Shown piece after piece: positions 39,484 to 50,850 of a stretch of DNA of 64,000 nt. How positions within the stretch are numbered: the stretch's first letter is position 1; each line of letters opens with the position of its first letter. Under the pieces are notes generated by a model, which did not search any database, was not told where the DNA came from, and worked only from the letters and a program-made list of their open reading frames with translations. Position numbers and translations under genes: made by a program. The DNA is from Nitrospiraceae bacterium (GTDB taxonomy: Bacteria; Nitrospirota; Nitrospiria; Nitrospirales; Nitrospiraceae): assembly GCA_050246315.1 (NCBI GenBank), contig JBFWWG010000001.1, positions 1 to 64,000 of the forward strand, read 5' to 3'.

Positions 39484-39611
39484 GCGGGATGTTCAAAAAG
39501 GCTGCTCAGCAAGGCCGCAGCGAGTGAGACCCCGAGGCGTACGTCTTTCGGTACGTTGAGGGGTTGAGCGACGCGAGAACGCGGCAGACGGTCTTTTTCA
39601 ACATCCCGCTA
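39484..39611. mobile_element. MITE family B
   Basis: TIRs gcgggatgttcaaaaag / ctttttcaacatcccgc (16 of 17 match). The right end carries the TAG stop of the adjacent gene. Confidence 0.85.
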
Positions 39612-40919
39612 CACAGCGAGGTCGCGGATGGCCCGCAGCACGACATCCACTTCGCCGGGCGTATTCAGCAAGCCGGGCGCGAGCCGGACATACTGCACCG
39701 CATAGGGGCTGACGCTCGCGATGATCTTGTCCTCCTTGAGCTTCTCCACGACTCTGTGCGGCTTCATGCCCTCGATCTCGAAACACACGATCCCGGCTGA
39801 GAGATCCTGGGACATGGGTGTACGCAAGGTCACCCGCGGAATCTTGACCAAACCCTGTTTCAACTGCTGATTCAACTCGTAGATGCGCTCGGTCACCCGC
39901 GCCTTGCCGATGATCTGATGAAAGGTGAACGCTTCGTTCAACGCCCACCGATGCTCGAACGAATGGAACCCACCCGGCGTCATCAACGCGGCGTGATGGA
40001 TCGCATGCTCGGGACTGTCCTTCATCCACATGCGATAGGCGGTCGAATCGAACGTGGGAATCGTCGCCTGCGCCAGAGGCCACGCGTGCGGCCGTCCCCA
40101 AACCAGGCCGGTACCTCGGGGACCGAACATCCACTTATGCGTACCGGCCACGAAGAAATCGCAGCCGAGGTCGGGCAGCTTCACGTTCTCCACGCCCAGC
40201 CCATGCACGCCATCCACGCAGAGCAGGACTCGGTCTTGTTCACCACGAGAGCCGTTGATCTTCGCCAGCGCATCGGCGATGGCGCGAATGGGCAGCTTGA
40301 GCCCCGTGCTGGAATGCACCCAGGTCACGGCCACATAGCGGGTCTCGGGCCGTACTTCGCTTACCAACGTCCGAACAATTTCTTCCTGCGTGACCGTCTT
40401 GAGATCCTTGTACAGGGGAATCTGCCGGAACGATGCACCGGTTCGTTCGGCTCGCAGACGAAGCGAGGTGTCCGTCGAATAATGATCATGGATGGTGGAG
40501 AGACTTTCCTGCCCCTGCGTCAGCGTCAGTCCTCCATACAGAAGCCCCAATCCCATGGTCGTACTGTCGGTCAGGGCGATATCGGTCGCGCTGACGCCTA
40601 AGTAGTCGGCCGCCGCCGCCAGCACCTCGGCTTCCCCGGTCTCTTCCCGCTCCGCCCAATAGGTGGCCGGGTCCTCATCCAGACCCTGCCGATGGCGCTC
40701 GATGGCCTCACGCACCGGTGCTGGGTGCGATGCCAATAGAAAGCCGGTCATGTGGATCTTGTTGCGATCCAGCAAAAACTCGTTGCGCACGACCGTCCAG
40801 TTCTTATAGCCCTCGCGTCGCCGCCTGACCTGCGGCGTTTCGCAGCCGGTTCCAGCCGCTGCCAACATCGCCGTGCCCATCAGCAATCCAGTCCGAATCA
40901 GAAAGCTCCGACGATCCAT
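39609..40919 (-). CDS. Tat-exported class V PLP enzyme (PvdN/isopenicillin-N-epimerase-like)
   Basis: MDRRSFL Tat signal; FLLASHP.PVREAI; VDGVHG; AGTHKWMFGPRGTG PLP-Lys motif; TPGGFHSFEHRWAL. Confidence 0.88.
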   Translation of the reverse strand: MDRRSFLIRTGLLMGTAMLAAAGTGCETPQVRRRREGYKNWTVVRNEFLLDRNKIHMTGFLLASHPAPVREAIERHRQGLDEDPATYWAEREETGEAEVLAAAADYLGVSATDIALTDSTTMGLGLLYGGLTLTQGQESLSTIHDHYSTDTSLRLRAERTGASFRQIPLYKDLKTVTQEEIVRTLVSEVRPETRYVAVTWVHSSTGLKLPIRAIADALAKINGSRGEQDRVLLCVDGVHGLGVENVKLPDLGCDFFVAGTHKWMFGPRGTGLVWGRPHAWPLAQATIPTFDSTAYRMWMKDSPEHAIHHAALMTPGGFHSFEHRWALNEAFTFHQIIGKARVTERIYELNQQLKQGLVKIPRVTLRTPMSQDLSAGIVCFEIEGMKPHRVVEKLKEDKIIASVSPYAVQYVRLAPGLLNTPGEVDVVLRAIRDLAV

Positions 40920-41067
40920 GTCGCCCTCCACGCTCAATTGGTTCACGATCCCGGCCGATTCGACTCGTTCGCCGATTCTACCCTTTCGATAGAGCATTGG
41001 GGAGAGTCAGGAGACGTCACCGCGCCCACCTCGATATGCGAGGGATAAGCCCAGCCGATGGGATTAA

Positions 41068-41679
41068 TCAGGCGGCGGAGACCGGCTCGAAGGTCGTGGA
41101 AGCGGCCAGTTCGCTCAGCAGACGTTCATACAGAGCCGCGTCGCCGGTGGGACCGGCCAGAAAAAAGACGATTGCGCGGCCCTCCGGTCCCATGACGGCG
41201 CAGGCGCGACCGACCACGTTGCCGTGTAAGTAGGAAGCTCGAATGGTCCGCTCGTCCTCTTCGATCGGACTGGACAGTTGCAGAATGACTTCTCCTCCAA
41301 AGTCTTGCGGCTCCGACAACTTCTGTTTCAACTCCGCGCGGTCAACCTGGGCCATGAGCGCAACCACTCCCACCCCAGAGTGTCGATCCGAGCCTAGGAG
41401 TAAGGCGTCGGACCCGGGAGGAATCCGTCCTTCCCACTCCGATGGAATGACGAACGATCCACCCGTGGCCGGATCGCTCACGCGCACTCCGGCCCGGTAC
41501 AGTTTGCCCGGCTCCCACTCGACAACGGTCTCTTCGGCCAGACTAGGGGTGGGGAGGACGGGAATCAGCACAAAGGCGAACGCCCAGAGGAGCCGCGTGA
41601 CGAATTCATTCGGGATCAAGCCGCTGCCGCTGCCCCGGCCTGTTCCTATCACCGCATAGGCCACATTTCCGAGCTTCAC
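41068..41679 (-). CDS. Hypothetical exported protein
   Basis: GTGA overlap with the gcvP stop; signal-like [19 protein letters not shown]. Start uncertain. Confidence 0.65.
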   Translation of the reverse strand: MKLGNVAYAVIGTGRGSGSGLIPNEFVTRLLWAFAFVLIPVLPTPSLAEETVVEWEPGKLYRAGVRVSDPATGGSFVIPSEWEGRIPPGSDALLLGSDRHSGVGVVALMAQVDRAELKQKLSEPQDFGGEVILQLSSPIEEDERTIRASYLHGNVVGRACAVMGPEGRAIVFFLAGPTGDAALYERLLSELAASTTFEPVSAA

Positions 41680-44591
41680 GACGTCGTATAACTTTCCATC
41701 GGCGGGCAGGTACAGATCAGATTCCGGTCTCCGTAGGCTTCATCGATGCGCCCGACGCTCGGCCAGAACTTGTGCTCGCGCACCCAAGGCGCTGGAAACG
41801 CCGCCTGCTCACGTGTGTAGGGGTGGGACCAGTCGGCCGCCATCACCATCCTGGCCGTGTGCGGCGCCTGTTTCAAAGGATTGTCGGTCCTCGACATCCG
41901 CCCTTCGATGATGTCCTGAATTTCGGAGCGAATGGCGATCAGCGCCGCGCAGAAGCGGTCGAGTTCGGCCTTGGCCTCGCTCTCGGTCGGCTCGATCATC
42001 AACGTTCCGGCGACCGGGAACGAGACCGTGGGAGCGTGGAAGCCATAATCCATCAAACGCTTGGCCACATCCATCGCCTCGACACCTGCGCTGTCTTTGA
42101 ACGGACGCAGGTCCAGGATGAACTCGTGCGCGACCAGCCCCTTGGCGCCGGTGTAGAGCACCGGGTAGTGCTTGTCGAGCTTCTTCGCCATGTAGTTCGC
42201 GTTGAGAATGGCCACCTGCGTCGCCCGTGTGAGCCCTTCGCCTCCCATCATGGCAATGTACGCGTACGAGATCGGGAGAATGTTCGGGCTGCCGTAGGGG
42301 GCCGCCGCGATTGCGCCGATGGCATGATCTCCGCCCGTCTTGATGACCGGATGACCCGGCAAGAACGATGTCAGATGCCGCCCGACCGCGATTGGGCCCA
42401 TTCCAGGCCCGCCGCCTCCGTGCGGAATACAGAAGGTCTTGTGCAAGTTGAGATGGCACACATCCGCGCCGATGTCGCCGGGTCTGCTGAGACCGACCAT
42501 CGCGTTCATGTTGGCGCCGTCCATGTAGACTTGCCCACCGTGCGTGTGGACAATCTGGCAGATCCGCCGGATTTCCGTCTCGAACACGCCATGGGTAGAA
42601 GGGTAGGTGATCATCAAGGCGGCGAGATCCCGTCGATGCAGCGCCGCCTTTTCTTCCAGATCCTTCAGATCGACGTTGCCCTGCGTATCACAGGCGACGG
42701 GCACGACCGTCATGCCCACCATCGCGGCGCTCGCAGGATTTGTCCCATGCGCGGACACGGGGATCAAGCAGACCTTGCGATGCCCCTCTCCCTGATGCTG
42801 GTGGTAGGCGCGAATCACCATCAGGCCGGCATACTCGCCCTGAGAGCCGGCGTTGGGCTGCAAAGATACGGAATCGAATCCCGTGATCTCGGCCAGCCAG
42901 TCGGCCAGTCTGGCGCAAAGTTCCTGATAGCCGGCCGTCTGCTCCACCGGAGCGAAGGGATGGAGACGCGCGAACTCCGGCCAGGTGACCGGCACCATCT
43001 CCGTGGTCGCATTCAGCTTCATCGTGCAGGAACCGAGCGGAATCATCGAGGTGGTCAGCGACAGGTCCTTGGCCTGCAGTCGGTTCAGATAGCGCAGCAT
43101 CTCGTGCTCCGCGTGAAATCGGTGGAAGACCTCATGGGTGAGATAGGCGCTGGTCCTGGCGAAAGACGACGGAAACGACACATCCAGCCCGCGGGCCATG
43201 TGATCCAAGTCAAAGGGAAGCGGATCCTGACCGGCAAAGATTGACAGGACCTGGCGTACTTCCTCCACGGTGCTCAGCTCGTCGAGCGAGATCCCGATCG
43301 ACGACTCGTCGATCACGCGCAGGTTGTATCCTCGTGCGTTGGCCCGAGCCATGATCGTCGGAACCAGTTCGTCCCCACAAGACACGCAGAGGGTATCGAA
43401 AAACTGCGCCGAGGCCGGCGGCAGGCTCAAGCGACGTAGCCCCTCGGCCAGCAGGCAGGTCAACCCATGGACACGAGACGCAATCCGCCGCAACCCCTCC
43501 GGTCCGTGATACACCGCGTACAGGCCGGACATGACCGCCAGAAGGACCTGGGCTGTGCAGATATTGCTCGTCGCCTTCTCGCGACGGATGTGCTGTTCCC
43601 TCGTTTGGAGCGCAAGCCGATAGGCAGGTTTTCCAGCGCGGTCCTTTGAAACCCCGACAATCCGGCCCGGCATTTGGCGTCGGTACTCCTCGCGGGTGGC
43701 GAGGAACGCGGCGTGAGGGCCTCCGAACCCCATCGGCACCCCGAATCGCTGGCTTGATCCGACCGCGATATCGGCGCCCAGTTCACCCGGCGCCTTCAAA
43801 AGCGTCAGGGCCAAGAGATCCGTCGCGATCGCAACCAAGCCACCGGCTTGATGGACCTGTTGGATCAGCGCCCCATGATCGACCACAGCGCCGTCCGTGG
43901 CTGGATACTGGATCAAGAGCCCGAGCACATCTTTCGGCGCGACGGGCACCTCGTCCCCATGAACCACCCGCACCGCGACGCCAAGCGGCTGGGCCCTGGT
44001 CTGCACCACCGCGATGGTCTGAGGGTGACAGCCATCGGACAGAAGGAAGGTCGTTCGTTCCTCGCCCTTTTGCCTGGCGATGCTCACACACATGGCCATC
44101 GCTTCGGCGGCGGCGGTGGCTTCGTCCAACAGCGACGCATTGGCCAATGGCAGGCCGGTCAGGTCCGCCACCATCGTTTGAAAATTGACCAGCGCCTCCA
44201 TTCGGCCCTGGGCAATTTCGGCTTGATAGGGCGTGTACTGGGTATACCAGCCGGGGTTCTCCAGGATGTTCCTCAAGATCACGGTCGGGGTGAGGCAGTC
44301 GTAATAGCCCATGCCGATCAAAGAGCGCCGCACTTGATTTCGTGTGGCGAGTTGCTGAAGCTCCTGCAAGGTCTCCTGTTCGCCCTTCGCCGGCGACAGC
44401 TTGAGCGGACGGCGGTGTCGGATGTTCGCGGGCATCGCGGCATCAGCCAGCTCATCGAGGGACCGCAATCCCAATGTGGCTAGCATCTCTTGGACGTCGG
44501 CCTCGCTGGGCGCAATGTGCCGCCGGGCGAATCGATCGGAGGGTTCCAGCCAATGCGGTTCGTACGAAGCCTGATCGGACAATGTGGACAT
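41676..44591 (-). CDS. gcvP: Glycine dehydrogenase (decarboxylating), single-chain P protein
   Basis: [48 protein letters not shown] gaggag before 44591. Confidence 0.98.
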   Translation of the reverse strand: MSTLSDQASYEPHWLEPSDRFARRHIAPSEADVQEMLATLGLRSLDELADAAMPANIRHRRPLKLSPAKGEQETLQELQQLATRNQVRRSLIGMGYYDCLTPTVILRNILENPGWYTQYTPYQAEIAQGRMEALVNFQTMVADLTGLPLANASLLDEATAAAEAMAMCVSIARQKGEERTTFLLSDGCHPQTIAVVQTRAQPLGVAVRVVHGDEVPVAPKDVLGLLIQYPATDGAVVDHGALIQQVHQAGGLVAIATDLLALTLLKAPGELGADIAVGSSQRFGVPMGFGGPHAAFLATREEYRRQMPGRIVGVSKDRAGKPAYRLALQTREQHIRREKATSNICTAQVLLAVMSGLYAVYHGPEGLRRIASRVHGLTCLLAEGLRRLSLPPASAQFFDTLCVSCGDELVPTIMARANARGYNLRVIDESSIGISLDELSTVEEVRQVLSIFAGQDPLPFDLDHMARGLDVSFPSSFARTSAYLTHEVFHRFHAEHEMLRYLNRLQAKDLSLTTSMIPLGSCTMKLNATTEMVPVTWPEFARLHPFAPVEQTAGYQELCARLADWLAEITGFDSVSLQPNAGSQGEYAGLMVIRAYHQHQGEGHRKVCLIPVSAHGTNPASAAMVGMTVVPVACDTQGNVDLKDLEEKAALHRRDLAALMITYPSTHGVFETEIRRICQIVHTHGGQVYMDGANMNAMVGLSRPGDIGADVCHLNLHKTFCIPHGGGGPGMGPIAVGRHLTSFLPGHPVIKTGGDHAIGAIAAAPYGSPNILPISYAYIAMMGGEGLTRATQVAILNANYMAKKLDKHYPVLYTGAKGLVAHEFILDLRPFKDSAGVEAMDVAKRLMDYGFHAPTVSFPVAGTLMIEPTESEAKAELDRFCAALIAIRSEIQDIIEGRMSRTDNPLKQAPHTARMVMAADWSHPYTREQAAFPAPWVREHKFWPSVGRIDEAYGDRNLICTCPPMESYTTS

Positions 44592-44852
44592 GGCACTCCT
44601 CTTGCGTAATAGCGGTCGCGGGCTGTCATATTGGTTTACCATAGAGTCCCTTGACAGGAGAAGGGAGAAGCGGAATTCTCTGACCTTGTCGAAAGCCAGG
44701 CCAGAGACCGAGTCAAGGAAATCGCCGCCAAGGCTTGCGTCGGCCATAGTAATCAGCGATAAGATTCAGACGGACCTCGGGGCAATCGCGCAACCCGGCG
44801 ACTCCGTTGTCTCAGAAAGAGGCTTTGAATTGGTTTCGAGCAGCACCAGCCG

Positions 44853-46508
44853 ATGAAAATCCATGACGTGTTGATCGTGGGCGCGGGCCTCGCCGGCATG
44901 AGGGCCGCACTGGCCATTCCTCCCGAGCTCGATGTCGCGATCATTTCCAAGGTCCACCCCGTCCGCAGCCATTCGGTGGCGGCGCAGGGCGGGATCAATG
45001 CCGCATTGGGAACGGCCGATTCCTGGGAAGCCCATGCCTTCGATACGGCCAAGGGCGGAGTCTACCTCGGCGACCAAGACGCAATCGAGGTCATGTGCCG
45101 CGAAGCGCCGGACGACATCCTGGAGTTGGAACGTTTCGGCGTCATCTTCAGCCGGACCGAACAGGGGCTCATCGCCCAACGGCCGTTCGGCGGCGCCGGG
45201 TTCCCCCGCACCTGCTATGCCGCGGATCGAACCGGACATGCGCTCCTGCATGTCCTCTACGAACAACTTCTGCGACGTCAGGTCTCCGTCTATGAGGAAT
45301 GGTACGTCACGTCGTTGGTGAGCGACGACGGCGAATGTCGCGGTGTTGTCGCCTGGGACCTTCTCCGCGGCGGCCTACACATGATCGGCGCCAAGGCCGT
45401 GATCCTGGCGACGGGCGGAAGCGGCCGCATCTTCTACACCAGTACCAATGCGATCATCAACACGGGCGACGGCATGGCCTTGGCCTACCGCGCCGGAGTG
45501 CCGCTCATGGACATGGAGTTCGTCCAATTCCATCCGACCACCCTGAAGAGCACGGGTATTCTGATCACGGAAGGAGCCAGGGGCGAGGGGGGCTATCTGT
45601 TGAACACGTTGGGCGAACGGTTCATGCAACGGTACGCGCCGGAACAGATGGAACTGGCCACTCGTTCAACGGTGTCCCTGGCTATCGGACAAGAGATCTT
45701 GGAGAAGCGCGGCGTCGACGGCTGCGTGTTGTTGGACCTCCGCCATTTGGGACGACAGCGGATACTGGAACGGCTACCGCAAATCCGCCAACTGGCACTG
45801 GAGTTCGCCGGCATTGACCCGATCGAGAGTCCCATCCCGGTCCAGCCGGGCGCGCACTACCAGATGGGCGGCGTACAGGCCAATGGGTGGGGAGAGACCT
45901 CCCTGCCCGGGTTGTTCGCAGCGGGTGAATGCGCCTGCGTGAGCGTCCATGGCGCCAACCGACTCGGCGGCAATTCTCTGCTGGAGACGATCGTGTTCGG
46001 CAGGCGGGCCGGCGTCCGGGCGACGGAGTACATTCGCGGCAAACCTCCACGCACTCCCTCCGATCAAACCTATCGGGCCGACCAGGACCGCATCGCCCGC
46101 CTCCATGCGAACCAAGGCTCGCTCCGAGCCTGGCAGCTCCGCGATGAGCTGGGCCGGATCATGAGCGCCAACCTCGGCATCTTTCGCACAAAGGAATCGA
46201 TGTCGCTCGCGTTGGAACAGTTGCACGGGTTGAGAGAACAGGCTCGACATGTCCGCCTGCACGACCATGGCCTGGTGTTCAATACGGATTTAATCCAAGC
46301 GCTGGAGCTGCAATCCCTCGTCGACATCGCGGTGACGATCGTCGCGGGAGGCTTGGCTCGGGAAGAGAGCCGCGGCGCCCACTACCGTTCGGATTTTCCG
46401 AAGCGAGACGACACGACCTGGCTCAAACACACGCTGGCGACATCGACTCCGGATGGCCCGCAGCTTTCGTATAAACCCGTGACGATCACGCGCTTCCCGC
46501 CTAAGTAA
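44853..46508 (+). CDS. sdhA: Succinate dehydrogenase/fumarate reductase flavoprotein subunit
   Basis: [16 protein letters not shown] (covalent FAD His), [37 protein letters not shown]. Reaction direction cannot be inferred. Confidence 0.85.
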   Translation: MKIHDVLIVGAGLAGMRAALAIPPELDVAIISKVHPVRSHSVAAQGGINAALGTADSWEAHAFDTAKGGVYLGDQDAIEVMCREAPDDILELERFGVIFSRTEQGLIAQRPFGGAGFPRTCYAADRTGHALLHVLYEQLLRRQVSVYEEWYVTSLVSDDGECRGVVAWDLLRGGLHMIGAKAVILATGGSGRIFYTSTNAIINTGDGMALAYRAGVPLMDMEFVQFHPTTLKSTGILITEGARGEGGYLLNTLGERFMQRYAPEQMELATRSTVSLAIGQEILEKRGVDGCVLLDLRHLGRQRILERLPQIRQLALEFAGIDPIESPIPVQPGAHYQMGGVQANGWGETSLPGLFAAGECACVSVHGANRLGGNSLLETIVFGRRAGVRATEYIRGKPPRTPSDQTYRADQDRIARLHANQGSLRAWQLRDELGRIMSANLGIFRTKESMSLALEQLHGLREQARHVRLHDHGLVFNTDLIQALELQSLVDIAVTIVAGGLAREESRGAHYRSDFPKRDDTTWLKHTLATSTPDGPQLSYKPVTITRFPPK

Positions 46509-46649
46509 CCGGCTCACGTTCCTTCCGACCTCTGGACTGTCAGCCCGCGCCGCCTTCTCCCATCACTCGCGCTCGCCGGTCATCCCCGGCCTCCCAGGGG
46601 CAACCCAATCCTTGCGCCCTCGGGTGAATCGGCTATCTTTGATGATGGG

Positions 46650-47663
46650 ATGGACCAGACCGTTCGAACCCCCTCTGTAACCTGCCCGTCCTGCCTGAGC
46701 TCTCAGGCCGTCCCGGATGGCAACGGCGCGGACCCGGCAGTGGTCTCCTGCACGACCTGTGACAACAATCTCGTCCTGGTGCCGGTTATCGCGGCCGGCC
46801 CCGCGAAATCGTCGAGTCACTCGACAGATACCAGATCGATTTCAGGAGCAGCTCCGACTAGCAAGAAAGCGAGACGGACGGCCATTCTGTCCCTCACGGC
46901 CCTCTGCCTGCTGGGCTACGGGCTGATCGGCGCAGTTCTCTTCGCCATCACCCAGGGAATCAAGCGATCGGTCGCCTATCAAACCTCCGTCGTCTTCATT
47001 CAAGACCATGAGGATCTGAGGGACCACTTCGGCACCCCGCTCGAATTCGGATGGTTCCCTACCTGGCATATGAAATCGGACGGACCCCGGGGCACAGCCC
47101 GCTTCGAGATCCCGATCACTGGACCTCGGGCCTCGGGCTCCGTCCTCCTATCGTTGGTCCAGGAGGACTCAGAGACCTGGCACGTCCATCGGGCCCGATA
47201 TCAAGACAATGCGGGGATCATCCGACCCGTCTGGACACTCTTCCCCGGCGACGAGTTGGTCGAGGCGCGGGTGACATCGCTACTGGCGGACCTTGATCAA
47301 GCGGCGAATAGGCGTGATGTGGAGGGCCTGGTGCGACATGTGGCGCCGGGCGCGCGTCTGACCGTGGTCGTGCAGTTTTCCGGCAGCGAGCAGGAACTCA
47401 CCATGACCCGCGAGCAGTACCGGACGAGCCTCAAGCAATCATTCTCGATGGCGCAGGACTATCAGTGGACCAGGATGGACACGGATGTGCGCCTCGCTCC
47501 GGACGGACGGAAGGCCGTGGCGCGCTTCCAGGGGACCGAGTCCATTACGATCAATGGCCAACGGCTGATCTTCGCCTTGGAAAAGGAATTGACCTTCTCG
47601 CTGCAGGGGCCGCAACCACTGATCGTGTCGATGAAGGCCTTCGAAACCATGGCACGACCATAG
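46650..47663 (+). CDS. Zinc-ribbon + TM + Coa1-like + NTF2/SnoaL-like fusion protein
   Basis: CPSC..CTTC; one TM; AYQ.....I......R.HFGTPL..G...G.A...IPITGPRASG (Coa1-like); C-terminal NTF2-like DQAANRRDVEGLVRHVAPGA. Domain calls by eye. Confidence 0.65.
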   Translation: MDQTVRTPSVTCPSCLSSQAVPDGNGADPAVVSCTTCDNNLVLVPVIAAGPAKSSSHSTDTRSISGAAPTSKKARRTAILSLTALCLLGYGLIGAVLFAITQGIKRSVAYQTSVVFIQDHEDLRDHFGTPLEFGWFPTWHMKSDGPRGTARFEIPITGPRASGSVLLSLVQEDSETWHVHRARYQDNAGIIRPVWTLFPGDELVEARVTSLLADLDQAANRRDVEGLVRHVAPGARLTVVVQFSGSEQELTMTREQYRTSLKQSFSMAQDYQWTRMDTDVRLAPDGRKAVARFQGTESITINGQRLIFALEKELTFSLQGPQPLIVSMKAFETMARP

Positions 47664-47728
47664 GAAGTACCGGCCTGCCCCTCCCCGCACAGGCGGACGA
47701 GGCGGCCGTGACAAGAGAGCCACTCTGG

Positions 47729-48889
47729 ATGGGCAGTCACTCCACCGACAACTCGATTCAACTCACCTGCGCCCATTGCCGCAGCAGTTTCCGCGTCCGA
47801 TCGCGAGCCAGTCTCAGGCCCGGCACCAAGAGTACCTGTGGTTCCTGCGGAACAAAGTTTGTCGTGGTGGCCAGACCCGTCCTGTCGGCCTCGCCACCGA
47901 AGCGAACCGATGTCCAACAGCCTATCGATTCTGTCGCGAATCAAGGTTCGAAGACCTACCGCCTGAGCTTTTTCGGCTTCGGGGGATCGCTGTTCGGCAT
48001 GCATCTCGTCAACACCTGTCTGACCATTCTGACCTTGGGCCTCTACTCCTTCTGGGCCAGGGTGAAGGTTCGCTCCTACCTGTACAGTCAGACGCAGTGC
48101 GCCGGTGATCGCTTTGCGTATCACGGCACGGCGCAAGAGCTACTCAACGGTGCCGGTAGGGCCGCGTTGCTGTTCGGTGTTCCCTATCTCACCCTGTCCA
48201 TCGGCCCGCGCTACCTTGCCTTGGGTGCCGCGACCGTGGTCACCGGGCAAGTCCTCTCCACGATACTCCTGATGCTGTTTCTACCGGTGGCCACAACGGG
48301 AGCCCGCCGGTATCGCTTGAGTCGCAGCTCCTGGCGGGGCATCCACTTTTCATTTCGCGGCAAGGCGATCGAGTTCATGAAACTCTTTCTCAAGGGCTCG
48401 CTGCTCACAGCCGTGACCTTGGGAGCCTACTATCCAGTCTTCGAGGTCAGGCGGCATGCCTATCTTATCCACCATTCGTATCTCGGGTCGGAACCGTTCT
48501 CCTTCGATGGGGACCGATACGGCCTGGCCCGCTCCTTCGTCCGAGCCGTGATCCTGCTGCCGTTCACGCTCGGCTGCTCCTGGTTCTGGTACATGGCGGC
48601 CCGTCAGCGCTACGTTTGGAACCATTCCACCTTGTGCGGCGGTCGGTTCCTCTGTACGGTCCGGGGCTGGCCGCTGTTGAAGCTCAAGCTCGGGAACTTC
48701 CTGTTGCTTCTCTGTTCCCTTGGTCTGGCCTGGCCCTGGACGGCGGTGCGGAACGCGCGCTATCTCTTCAGCAATCTTCGTCTCACCGGCGCAGTCGCGG
48801 TGGAGCGCATCACGCAACAGACACTGGCAACGAACGCGACCGGCGAGGGGCTGTCGAGTTTTCTGGACACAGGGTTCGACTTGGGGTAA
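47729..48889 (+). CDS. YjgN/DUF898 membrane protein with N-terminal zinc ribbon
   Basis: CAHC..CGSC; VNTCLTILTLGLYSFWARVK; F.YHGT..EL; TLGAYYP; SLGLAWPW. Confidence 0.88.
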   Translation: MGSHSTDNSIQLTCAHCRSSFRVRSRASLRPGTKSTCGSCGTKFVVVARPVLSASPPKRTDVQQPIDSVANQGSKTYRLSFFGFGGSLFGMHLVNTCLTILTLGLYSFWARVKVRSYLYSQTQCAGDRFAYHGTAQELLNGAGRAALLFGVPYLTLSIGPRYLALGAATVVTGQVLSTILLMLFLPVATTGARRYRLSRSSWRGIHFSFRGKAIEFMKLFLKGSLLTAVTLGAYYPVFEVRRHAYLIHHSYLGSEPFSFDGDRYGLARSFVRAVILLPFTLGCSWFWYMAARQRYVWNHSTLCGGRFLCTVRGWPLLKLKLGNFLLLLCSLGLAWPWTAVRNARYLFSNLRLTGAVAVERITQQTLATNATGEGLSSFLDTGFDLG

Positions 48890-48898
48890 CCCCCTTTC

Positions 48899-50041
48899 AT
48901 GACCACAAGCTGGCAGGCCGTTTATCTGGACGGGAAATCCGCCGTCCGGCACCAGGCGACCGTACGGATCACGGCTGAACACATCCACATCGCCACCGAA
49001 CCCGGCACGGTTCGATCCTGGCCTCACGACCAGATCCGCCAGACACAAGGCTCCTATGCGGGCGAACACGTCCGGTTCGAATTCGGTAAGAACCCGATCG
49101 AAGCCCTCGTCCTCCGCGACCATACCATTCTGGCCGCGCTTCATGCCGTGGCATCCTCCCATCCTGGTCGCGTGCGCCAACTTCACCGTCCGTCCACGGG
49201 GGCTGCTCGACTCCGATGGACGGTCATGGCGGCTTTGGTCTCGATCGTGATGATCGCCCTCCTGTACCACTGGGCGCTCCCGCTGCTGGCGACCACGCTC
49301 GCGCCACATATCCCTCTCTCCTGGGAAGAACGGCTCGGTCGCGCGGCTGTGGCCGCACTGGCGCCGCCGGAGGCCCGATGCACCGACCCCCTGACGCTCG
49401 ATGCACTGCGCCGGGTTACGGAACGGCTCGCCGACGCGCAGGCACCCTTGCCGTACCGGATTCAGATCTATCTGGTGGATCGACCGATCGTGAATGCGTT
49501 CGCCGCTCCCGGCGGCTCGATCATCCTGTTTCGCGGACTCCTAGAGAAGACCGGCTCGGCTGAGGAGCTGGCCGGCGTGGTGGCGCACGAGATGCACCAC
49601 ATCCTTGGACGGCACGTCACCACACTGTTGATCGAACAGACGGCGTCGAGCCTGCTGCTCGCGCCCCTGTCCGGCGATCTCTCAGGCGGCCTGACCTCCG
49701 GGCTCGAAGCGGCCGGCACGATGGGGCTCTTGCGGTACAGCCGCACGTTTGAAGCCGCCGCAGACATGGAAGGGTTGCAGAGCCTTCGGAAGGCCGGCAT
49801 CAACCCAGCGGGCATGATTCACTTCTTCGAAACGCTTGAGCGGGAGCATCCCGAAGGAAGCAACCGGCTTGAATACCTCTCCTCGCATCCCAGCACCGAG
49901 TCGCGCATCCGGACGCTGCAACAGGCGCTCCACCCGTCGGATGCAGCCGCAGCGCCGCTTCTCCCATTCGTTCCATGGGCAAGCATTAAGACGCGCTGTC
50001 GGTCGGTCGCGAGTCTATCGGCATCATCACGCGCCGGCTGA
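48899..50041 (+). CDS. M48-family metallopeptidase
   Basis: VNAFAAPGG, ELAGVVAHEMHH (HExxH), YSR.FE..AD, SSHP...R. Confidence 0.92.
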   Translation: MTTSWQAVYLDGKSAVRHQATVRITAEHIHIATEPGTVRSWPHDQIRQTQGSYAGEHVRFEFGKNPIEALVLRDHTILAALHAVASSHPGRVRQLHRPSTGAARLRWTVMAALVSIVMIALLYHWALPLLATTLAPHIPLSWEERLGRAAVAALAPPEARCTDPLTLDALRRVTERLADAQAPLPYRIQIYLVDRPIVNAFAAPGGSIILFRGLLEKTGSAEELAGVVAHEMHHILGRHVTTLLIEQTASSLLLAPLSGDLSGGLTSGLEAAGTMGLLRYSRTFEAAADMEGLQSLRKAGINPAGMIHFFETLEREHPEGSNRLEYLSSHPSTESRIRTLQQALHPSDAAAAPLLPFVPWASIKTRCRSVASLSASSRAG

Positions 50042-50178
50042 GTCACCCTTCCTGCTAGGACCGCCCCTGTTCCTCCCCCCGATCATCGACACCGAGATCG
50101 CGCGTCGAGTTCGCTGGCAAGTCTCACCCTCTCCTTTGGTATAATCCTCCGATCGTAGTCGCTCCTCGCCGGGCACGC

Positions 50179-50850
50179 ATGCGAATTCTCGTGATCGAAG
50201 ACGAGGCCAAGGTCGGCTCCTTCATCAAGCGCGCGCTTGAGGAAGAGAGCTACGCCGTGGACCTCTGTGCTGACGGGGCCCAAGGGCTGGATCTCGCCCT
50301 GAGCGGCAGTTACGACCTGGTGATCGTGGACCTGATGGTTCCCAGTCTTCCCGGCCTGGAGATTGTCAAACGGCTACGCAAGGAGAAGATCACCTCGCCC
50401 GTCTTGATCCTCACGGCCCTGTCCCAGGTCGATCAAAAGGTCAAAGGCTTGGATGCAGGGGCGGACGATTATCTAACCAAGCCCTTTGCGATCGACGAAC
50501 TCCTGGCGCGCGTCCGCGCCCTGTTGCGTCGCGGGCCGACGGACGCCGTCGGCATCCTACAGGTGGACGACCTCATCTTGAACCCGGCGACCCGCGAGGT
50601 CACGCGCGGCGACCACCGTCTCGATCTCACGGCGAAGGAATATGCCTTGCTCGAGTACCTCTTGCGTAACTCGGGCCGCGTCTTGACGCGTCCGATGATC
50701 GCCGAACACGTGTGGAATTTGGACTTCGACACCTTCACCAACGTCATCGACGTCTACGTCAACTATTTGCGCAACAAGGTCGATAAAGGACGGCCCCGCA
50801 AATTGATCCACACGGTCCGCGGGAGCGGGTACGTGTTGAAGGCGGAGTAA
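50179..50850 (+). CDS. OmpR-family response regulator (CusR/CzcR-like)
   Basis: MRILVIED, GADDYLTKPF, LTAKEYALL, NVIDVYVNYLR, TVRGSGY. Confidence 0.96.
   Translation: MRILVIEDEAKVGSFIKRALEEESYAVDLCADGAQGLDLALSGSYDLVIVDLMVPSLPGLEIVKRLRKEKITSPVLILTALSQVDQKVKGLDAGADDYLTKPFAIDELLARVRALLRRGPTDAVGILQVDDLILNPATREVTRGDHRLDLTAKEYALLEYLLRNSGRVLTRPMIAEHVWNLDFDTFTNVIDVYVNYLRNKVDKGRPRKLIHTVRGSGYVLKAE

Noticed and set aside
41772..43244. Long antisense ORFs (490 aa here; also 26546-27484, 27583-28680, 37539-38531)
   Set aside because: Shadow frames of well-supported genes on the opposite strand, as expected in GC-rich DNA.
44592..44852. Glycine riboswitch expected upstream of gcvP (and gcvT)
   Set aside because: No recognisable glycine aptamer motifs; the gcvT leader is only about 50 nt.
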